A stretch of 60,230 nt of DNA from Sphaeroforma arctica JP610 (taxonomy: Eukaryota), in contig NW_014040001.1 of NCBI RefSeq assembly GCF_001186125.1, positions 1-60,230 on the forward strand, written 5' to 3'. The position numbers and the translations under genes are program-made. Shown piece by piece: positions 50,955 through 60,230 of this stretch. The notes under the pieces were generated by a model that made no database searches, was not told where the DNA came from, and was given only the letters and a program-made list of their open reading frames with translations. Each line of letters starts with the position of its first letter. Position 1 is the stretch's first letter.

Positions 50955-53049
50955 ATGCACACGACGTCATGGCGTATCCGTATGTTGTGTGATGCGATTA
51001 ATTCATGTACACACAGTACTTGTATTTATACCGGCTTAGCACACGTAACTACAAAATAGTAAATATATAAATAAATATATATAAAATAATACACGACCCT
51101 GACCGTCTGATGACAGTGGTCAATTTTGTGCTTTTATAATTTATATGAAGTAGTTGTTAAGGATTGGATACACACTACACAGTAAACATAGTCAGATACA
51201 CTTACAGCTTCAGAACGTACGATTATGAGCATATTTCAGAGCACACGGAACGCGTTTTGTTCACGGCAAGGGGTCCTTATGCGAGTATGTCGAGCGTATT
51301 CGAATCCGACAAACCACGGTACTATGATGGGCACAGGGGAGGAGTTAAGGCAGACTTGGGTCTACAAGTATGTGCATCTTGTCGTGAAAGTCTGGATATT
51401 AACTGAGCCCTTCTGTGTACTTATTTTTTTAGCCTTGTCATTCGTGTAACTGAGGTGCCATTTAGAAGAATTTGAGATGGAATATTAAGTCCCAGTTAAC
51501 AGGATCTTGCCCTGTTCGTCACCAGTACTGAAATCCGGGCAAGTGACCACGCACACGTACACATAGTTTAGGCAAGACTATCTGTGTGCAACCCCGGAAG
51601 AAAGAAAAGGCAACACTTACCAGTTTTATGCACTTGCAACACATATACACGTATCGTGTTGTCCTACCTGCCACCATGGTGGCAACTTCTAATGTACTTC
51701 TTGTAATACCCGAACAGATATAACAGTAAGGGCTTTCGAGTGAACGACCGCTTCTTATACGGTCCGTGTGTTCTATTTCCGAAGCATACTCTACTTTGGA
51801 ATGTAAAAACATATAAGGACATCACACCTGAAGCCTGCAAGATATTCACGCTCACACACCCCAAACCGGGTATGTCTCTGTAAGGGTCGCAAAAATACAT
51901 ACCACTCTATATGTGTAGCGACAGTGTACGCATGTGCTCTATTTTATTACAATAGAAACTTTATGCGCAGGCCACGTATGGTCACGTATCAGTAGAAGTG
52001 TGTGGTCTGTTGATACTTTTGTGAGTACACATACTATCTTATTTTTACATGAATTGCACAAGCGTAATTGGAGTCGCCGATATTGAGCAAGCATTAAGTC
52101 TACAATATAGCGTGATCGTTGTACCAACTCGGCACTGTCTTCAACCTTCATATTTTTGTCGTGTCAGAAATTGTTGTTCTAGGCCTTGGGGATCAAAATA
52201 GAAAGCTGACTCCAGACATTTACAAGTTCTTCAGCGACCACGACATCCGGCTCGAGACATGCGACTCTGTAAGTTTCTCTTCAATAGTCGTTCATTTTCT
52301 CGAGAGTCAAAAGAATCAATGTATGTCAAGAAGTTTTTATGTACACAGTATACACTACCACGGAAAATTCTTGTGTATGTATACAATTATGTATTTATAT
52401 ACCTATGTGGGAGGAATTTTCGCTACCAAGACGTCCAGTGTGGACGTGTGACCCTATAGCAGTCTCGTTTGACTATGAGACACCTTTGCAATTTTAAAAT
52501 TGAATAGGATGGGTCGATGGGAATTTAATTCCGTGCGTACAGTATATGTTTACGTTTATATTTTCCAAAAGACCGCGATAACCAACTTAGATATGAAGTT
52601 CACGGGTGTGTCGTTTGACTGTGCTTCAGCGCAAAAATGATAAACGTATACTCGTGTATTTGTCTGTGTACAGATTTACGCCATTTCAGAACTCATTTTC
52701 GAAATGATTGTATGTGGTCAATGATTCTTATGTATCCCTCTGTCGTATGGTTGGGAAAATATTAATGCCTGTACAATTGGTCAGCTTCATGCACGAACTT
52801 GCTAGTATATTGACGGTTTTGAGCGTGTTTACCTACTTGCTGGCGTGCTTCGCTAATCGTGCTCGCCAGTATACGAGATTGCTTCCAAGAAAAAGAAAAT
52901 GGTGCAAATTCATATCTCATACATACATACGTGCTAGAAGAAAGACACGAATACATGCTTACATGCATTATATATATGTGTGTGTGTGTTCTATTTTTAA
53001 TACTATACAGAGAATTGCTGGCCAGCAATTCAATCATTTGTTTATTATA

Positions 53050-53081
<32 letters not shown>

Positions 53082-53281
53082 CATTAACATGTCCTATTTC
53101 TAAAACCATGCAGAGAATTGCTTGCCAGCAATTCAACCATTTATCAGAGGGTATGTGGAGACAAGTCGCGGCTGGTCTTATACCGGTGCACAAGGACGAT
53201 ACACTCAGAGAAGAAGAGTTGAAGAAACGCGCGGAAGCCAGAGTGCAGATAGACCGTGCTCGCCGCGATCGTGAAGGGTAA
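50955..53281 (+). CDS. NDUFAF3: Complex I assembly factor NDUFAF3, Mth938 domain (exons 50955-50979?, ~51209-51367, 51718-51869, 52168-52268, 53114-53281; alternative start 51225)
   Basis: YNSKGFRVNDRFLYGPCVLFPKHTLLWNV..DITPE, PKPEIVVLGLG, IRLETCDS-RIACQQFNHL..RQVAAGLIP. Phases are consistent. The first exon is tentative. Confidence 0.85.
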
Positions 53282-53603
53282 ATAAATCTAGAATAAGTAT
53301 TCAAATAACGCGCTTCTTGCTGGGTATCAAAATGTTTTTTTGGCACATTTGCACAGATGTATTTTAGAATCGATTGTCATTGTGGATGGCAACCTACGGT
53401 ATCGGTGGTGTTGTAGGCACGGTATGTTGTAAGAGGCCTGCACGACCAAATACACAATCTCCTATTTCCTCAATTCCTCAATTCCTCAATTCCCGCCGGA
53501 TCAACCGTTCTACGGATTGGTTTTGGGATAAAAATGCCCTCAAAACTTTGCGACCCAGATTGTCTTACCGTCTTTCATTCCTTGATATTTATATCGTATG
53601 GGC

Positions 53604-56156
53604 TTAGCTATCTTTCTTAGACTGCTTGGTGGTCTTGAAGTATGAATATGTCACATAGTCGGTGTACATCGTGAAGAAAGTCCCGACCCAAACTGCAAGA
53701 TGAAGAAGTAGAGTGGGTTAGTATCATTCTTAGAATAATCAAAGTTTCAAGGAGTGTACCCTAAGCGCACAGTAATTCGGCAAGGCAGCCTGGTGTATGT
53801 ATTTATTATGACGAGGACCCAATGATTAGAGACGAAGAGAAATTGTTTACTTACAGACAATGGGATACCACAGCATCTCTGTCACGAGGCTGTTGCGTGG
53901 GTTGAGACCGTTACTCTGTATCCTGGAGAGCTCTAGGAATAGCTCATTGGTGATCTGATAGTGACCATTCTTCAGTCCATCTAGTAAGTATTCTGCAACC
54001 TCTTCCGGTGATACTAAACCGCCCTGCATTCCATCCAATACATGTGACGATGGCGGTGAGTAATATAGTATCCAATAGCATGTGAGATACAGCAATTGAC
54101 TCGCAAATTGGTGCAGAATTGATCCTCGCATCGACTAACAGTCACAAGTTACAGATGCAGCAACTTTAGTTCTCTACAGCCAACTACGGAAGACACGTTT
54201 ACGATAAAACTCACCAGGGCTTCGATTGTTTTTGTTGGTTCGGGCTTTGTCTTCTGCTCCTCAACGAAGCCGGGGGTGTCAATATTTGACGGGAACATGA
54301 CACTCACATCAATACCCTGGCTTCCCGCCTCACACCGCAAAGCATCAGCAAATCCCCTGAGCGCTGATTTGCTTCCACAGTACTGTGATGTATGAGTGAG
54401 AGAAATCTATTAAGAGCAAAACATATTCTTCATGTGAATCGTACTACGGCAAGTTGGGAATAAACCGAGGCTTTTTCGCTCGCAGAGGCTCTGCAATGTA
54501 CCAAGGAACAAATATTTAACAAGTTTCACAGGTAGTATCTCCAAAATCATCTACGCGACTAACCTGTGTGAAACCGACAAAAGGTGTTAGAGCAGCGGCG
54601 CTACTAACGAAGGATATCCTGCCCTTCACACCGTTCGCAATCATGGGTGGCATGCACGCCTTAGCAACATGAACGGCGCCGAAATAGTTGACATCCATTA
54701 GCTTGTGGAACACACTCATGTTTTGTTCCAGGAAGAGACCGGGCGTGGCCATGCCTGCGGAGACCACCACCACGTCAGTTGTGCGGTTCTGTGTGATGAG
54801 AAATTTGTTGCAAAAATAAGACCTTAGTTGCTTGATATCTAATATTTCGAGTGAATCTCGGGTCGGTCGCCCTATCGCACCCAAGACACTGAAAATGATA
54901 AATAAACGCACCATTTCTTCATTGCAAGCGGCAATCATCTTCTGCACATCCTCGAAGTTGGTGACATCGCACGAATATGAGAACAGCTTACGATCAGCCT
55001 TCTTGTCAGCCGACAACTCTTGCACGGCAGTCGCAAGTTTGTCCTGCAGGACAAAGTGGAGATAGAGGTTGATATAGCAGATTAAAGCAATCTACATGGT
55101 GTCTACAAACCCTTCTGAACTTCACAGAACATTTAGGACATGCGCCTGAATCAATAAATCTAAACACCGCTATTTACCCATATGTGAAACAAAAACATTG
55201 CAATAAGTGATACTCGGCCTATACTTTTGCACTTGCACTTGCACATGCACATGCACAAGTATGCACAGTCATGGCAACATATATGAGAGTACGACACAAC
55301 AGTCAAACGAAGCATTAAGGGACAAACTCTCCTGAAAAATGTTCATATAGAGCGTCAGAAAATAAAAATAAAACGATGACGTGAAATAAACACCTGGCAT
55401 ATATTCACGATTACTTTGTGTGGAGGTGCTAATAGTTTGTATGTATATAGAGAAATTCGTTCGTGCATAAGGAAAGCGGAGGACTATGTAACACAACGAA
55501 GTCAGGTCCTAGAATATGCTAGTACACGCCTGTCGAGAACACACGATAGCAGATATTATGTAGCATTGATAATGTAATAAAAATTTCGTAGAACTGTTTG
55601 CGTCGTTCTGTGCGTGTACGCATCTTGAAATGAAACAATCCAACTCTGAAGAACCAACACTGACGAAAAGCTAAGCCTGTGATGATGCACTTAATGAATA
55701 ATATCATAATAGCCTGTGTGTATCGAAAGAGTTTTTTAGCAGTGAAGAATACCGGAAGATATTGCTTATGAAGTATAGCAGTGAGCATTCAGCTTTCGGT
55801 CTACCGATAACTATTGCAAATTGGACATACTGCACACCCCCGTAGTAGAATAGAGCCTTGAGTGATATATTAGCGCTACATTGACAATTGAATCTCTGGT
55901 TTCTCTATGTTAATTGCTTATATACCTTAGATCGCGAAACTATCGTAACATTGGCACCTAATTTTAAGCAGACGCGCGCAAAGGCTAGTCCTAGCCCCTC
56001 ACTGCCACCGGTTATGAGCACGTGTTTATTATCCACATCGAATCCAGGTCTACGGGCGTACTTTAGAACCGAGCTAACCATAATACACCCTATAAGGAAC
56101 AATAATATCTGGACATATACATTCAGCCCCGCGAAAACATTATAGATAGACTCCAT
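53604..56156 (-). CDS. KDSR: 3-ketodihydrosphingosine reductase, SDR family (exons 56156-55926, 55043-54912, 54788-54564, 54382-54215, 54023-53855, 53692-53604)
   Basis: N-terminal TM, HVLITGGSEGLG, SAGMATPGLF, VNYFG, YCGSKSALRGFADALR, FPSNIDTPGFVEE.KTKP, and a C-terminal KKDS ER-retrieval motif. Confidence 0.9.
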
Positions 56157-56867
56157 CTTCAACAGCGGACGATGTGTGATTGACAAAATGCAAGCAACAG
56201 GCATATAAATAAATACACAGAACATGCCCTCTATGGCTCGCCCACTAACTCAAATTTACGCACCCTCCTAAAATATTATTTTAGGAGGCTATGAAGTTTT
56301 GATACCGAACTGTGAAAATATTGGTACAACTGTTCAAGAGTACATTGTACCGGTAACCGGCTCTATCTTCAATTTCTTGTGATTTTGCCCTACCCCTGGC
56401 GGCTGGCCCCTGGCGGCCTTTTCGCCAGCTTCTGATTCGTATGTATGTACCCCCCCCCCGATATGCGATACTGGTACCAAAATAAATTTAATACAATGTA
56501 AATAGTAAATACGAAATAGAAAATATTTACATACATCATGAAGAAACTGCTTTCAGGTCTCTTGCATAGATGCTTTGAAACCATACTTCATGTAGCAAGT
56601 ACTCGTGTACATATACACATATGTAGGGAACCTGAAATACAGACACGTTTTAGAATTTTAATAGACAGCAAAACCCATTGTTGATAGTTTGTAGGGATAC
56701 GTAGTAATCGGTGAGTCACGTGCGTTCGTGAAGACGTCATCAGACGTACACACGGGAGTGATAGATTGTGCGAACATGGGAGCCACCGTTGCGAAAAATC
56801 GGAAGTATCGTAATTCGGCTTGGTACGAAGCACAAAATACCTCAGCCCAGTTGTCTGTAGTATATAT

Positions 56868-57002
56868 ACAGATAAACACTGTTCTTTCAATCACAATACC
56901 TGACCATATTAGTCCTGTACACCGAACTCGCCACGGATATACAGATAACAAAATTTCTTTCAATCACAATATCTGGACATGCCAGACCTGTACACCGAAC
57001 TC
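56868..57002. repeat. ~72-bp tandem duplication
   Basis: TTCTTTCAATCACAATA...CCTGTACACCGAACTC is present twice. Confidence 0.8.
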
Positions 57003-58499
57003 TCAACGAAAAATTGATCATGCTTAATCTCTGTTCTAATCTTGATAGGTATCTCGTCCACTAGTGGCTAGCAAGTATATATTGGCCTCGAAGTTTCGAA
57101 CTCCATTGTCAAAATCTTGATATTTTTATGTCTAATAATGCATCCTTATTTATACAACTTATAGGGACATCCATGCTATTGTCCCAAATACCACAACAAT
57201 GATATGCAATGTTCATTTTAAATGGACTTCCATACTTGTTGGCGTGCTAGCAAATCTCATGTTTATTCAAATCTCACTATCATCCGAAGCAACTGGACAA
57301 CACTCGTCAAGAATGAAAATACTTTCTACACGCTTACGGTTTTCATGGATGCAGAATGTGCCCAGTAAATCTTAACACCTACAATTACCACCGGTGTATG
57401 CTCCCGGGTAGATGCACCGACTGGCGCAAAGGTCACTAAGCTAATTGCTTGAAACATCATGACGGATGGAGTGTGAATACATTCACAAGGTCCTGGAGCT
57501 GCGGGTTCTCTCACCTGTGGAACGGATTATTATATCTGTAACACCTACTGAAGCTGTGACAACACCCGGCACCTCTTGCACATTTAATACTTCCAATGGC
57601 GGCGTGTGCTGACACACCTGGCCCCTCTAGCCCAGCAGGTGTTTCGATAGCCTATACGAAGAAGTAGCTCCGCATAACTGTAAGTGACTCAGACTCTTGA
57701 AATGCCTCATAGATGTCTTTGACAGTAGATACCGTTTCCAAATCTTATCTATGTGATAGAAGTGAATCACTATGCTACCGCCATAGTATACGTAGCGTGA
57801 GAATACAATTGGCAAACTTCGTGCACGATCTGAATGATGACAAAATAGCAATTCAGATAGAACAAACAAAAATAGATTGTGCCGAACTGCCAATAAATAT
57901 ACATATAGGGTACCGATAATCCCAATATGAAATAGGCTTCAATCCGTTAAGCGTAAACACGATTTCAAATTGCGTTAATGTAAATATACTAAGTACTACC
58001 TTTCCGTACGTAATATCATAGCCTTCTGAAAATTACACAATATACAGAAGGCTATGGTAGTATACGCCATAGCCCGAACGTATTGAAGCCTGTTAGATAA
58101 TATAGTAGCCTCATTTGTCAATATGTAGAGCACAACAGTCTGCAACATCAGTGTTTTCGAGGACGAACTTTAAGCACATTAATTACACAGAACATTCTAC
58201 AAACCAGTTTGCAGCTGCACCTATTGTCACGGCTTATAGATTATCTTGAGTGCAAGGCTTGTAAACTTCCACGTGTGTAAATTTTAAAAAAGGGTTCAAC
58301 ACCAATCTTACGGGTAGCTTGTTTATTTTTCTTTATATAAAGTTGAATTCGAGAAATAGCACGAAACCTCTGTCCGTCATAAGTTAGAAGTACAGCATAG
58401 TATATACTACGTCACCGCTAGGATCAATGCCTGCGGCAAAGCACATTGCTATAGATTCCGTATGTACTACCAGTGATCTTGAGTAGATTCAGTGGGCGC

Positions 58500-59961
58500 C
58501 TACTCCGCAGTCGTTGGGAACATGATGCGCAGTTTCTTGCCCGTAGCGCCATTCTCCTTCGTGTCCAAGAACTCCTTGTGCACGTCTTCCAGAGCAATAT
58601 TGGTAAAGGTGGAACTTGCCCAACCGCCGTGTTTAAGTCCAGGGTTAACCTTGGCACTAGCTGCGCGCGTACGCATCAACAATGATACGGTGTTGGTAGT
58701 TGCGGATGGCGCTCCACCTTCAGAGATCCACCTGTTCAGCAGGAAACCGTGCAAATGCTTACTTCTGTAGATCAGATCCAAGGGGTTGATACCAGCTACC
58801 GGTTTGCCACTCAATCCACCGTACACGAAGCAGTGGCCCTAAGTGTGGAAAACAATCAGAAAATTGGCGAATGAATAAGATTCAATTTAATTGAAGCCTG
58901 AAATCATCGTGAGTTCGATAAAAGAAAAATAAAAAGTCAATAGCAACCGCACCTTGTTCGGCAACATGCTTAGGAGAAGTCCGGTGTTATCACCGGCGAC
59001 GGCATCGAAAGCAACGGTTATGTCTAACTGTTTGATCTTATTTTTCAATTGTTCCTTCCAATCTTTGTCATCGGTGACAATCACGTGCGCCGCACCTAAT
59101 TCAGTCAAAATTTTCTTCTGGTCCTCTCTTCGAACTATATTCACAAGAGTTATTTCTGGATCGTCGCCGACCAGCTTGATAATCTAAAACGGGTATACGC
59201 AACATCTGGCAATTAGAATTATTTATATACGATGATCTGACAGTCTCTGCTCCAATCGACTAGGAATTGTGCATCATAATTTAGAGAATTACTTTCAAAA
59301 TAGTATGCTCGGCAAACATATCGCGGACTGAAGCAATAAAAAATGGAACTTACCATCTGACCAAGCTGACTGGCGGCTGCTGTGTGGATGAATGAGGCTT
59401 TCTTGCCATGGAATTTGCAGTATTCCTTAACGGTATCGACAATTCCTACCGCGGTATACGGGTTGCTGTAGGAGAAGCACGAGCACTATTTAGCAGCCGT
59501 GTACATGAAGCACAATATCAAAACACGCGAGAATTTTAATTTCAACAGTGGAGTCCTCATATTAATCCCATTACTTAATAAACGATGAGAAAACTTACAC
59601 AAAGAAACTGGCGGCATCCTCAATCGCAAGATCATCGGGCATTGGCCAGGCACCCTTAGTTGCATCCACTGCAACGTACTCGGCGTATGTACCGCCACCA
59701 CCCTGTCGTAGCGAAAGTATATCCAATTTTCGTTACGAATAGGCCAACGCCAAAACAAACATTCTGTCAGTGAGGTGCAAAAGACAGTTAGTTCCAACAT
59801 ACCACAGCGACTACGCCGACCTTCTTGCCGATTTGACGGCTTGCATAAAGACCATTCCCTGCTACCACGATACCAGATCCTTCATTTCCGATGGGAGTCG
59901 CTGTGTTGGTGTCACTTCCTCTTTGGGGGGTCAGCCATGCTCCATAATCACTTGGATTGAC
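58500..59961 (-). CDS. MDR-family oxidoreductase, exons 3-7 (59961-59803, 59702-59599, 59465-59354, 59183-58953, 58838-58500); 5' exons absent on this strand within the window
   Basis: VNPSDYG, PIGNEGSG, GTYAEY, AASFFVNPYTA, HTAAASQLGQM, NIVRR, FDAVAG, YGGLSG. Phases are consistent. Confidence 0.9.
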
Positions 59962-60230
59962 CTAATATGTACATTTCTTTTTAGTGATATGCAACACCCA
60001 AAAAAAAGATTGACTGCTATGGTTATTCCCATATTCCCGGCTGCGGCACTATGAGGTATACGTGTGGGTCAGAAGAAAGCCGAGTCTTGATTGCGGAGAG
60101 AAGAGTAAGGAGATCACAAGTCACGATTTATATACATATGGATATATACATATATATATCTACGAGTCTTTTGTATTGTACAGACAGACTAATGCCCCAA
60201 ATATATATATATATATATATATATATTATA

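Noticed and set aside
56728..57900. Possible small spliced gene starting MGATVAK
   Set aside because: I could not build a consistent exon chain or recognise a domain.
1..60230. tRNA, rRNA, snRNA or snoRNA genes
   Set aside because: None recognised by eye. A tRNAscan-SE/Infernal search would be needed to exclude them.

Overview
Eukaryotic genomic scaffold: GT-AG introns, microsatellite-rich introns and six N gaps. The gene set looks like a unicellular opisthokont, plausibly an ichthyosporean/holozoan (inference). Bases ~1-15,000 are a nest of decayed mobile elements. They include a Ty3/Gypsy pol relic carrying a Dam-like N6-adenine methyltransferase domain between RNase H and the integrase Zn finger, a second Gypsy relic, three copies each of two dispersed repeats, and several minisatellites. 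Bases ~16,000-60,230 are gene-dense and mostly arranged as divergent pairs. I rebuilt these exon structures by hand with consistent splice phases: WDR82 (exon 1 only), COX5A, TIM21, RPS3A, DUS4-like, a Ser-rich protein with a SCHIP1/FEZ-like C-terminal coiled coil, a ~982-aa GINT1-like propeller + HtrL-like membrane protein, MAU2, NDUFAF3 and KDSR. An MDR oxidoreductase has exons 1-2 on + at 16 kb and exons 3-7 on - at 58-60 kb, probably a scaffold mis-orientation at the 16,645 gap. Intergenic regions upstream of genes contain marked ApT-depleted islands. Family assignments rest on motif recognition from memory, not on database searches.
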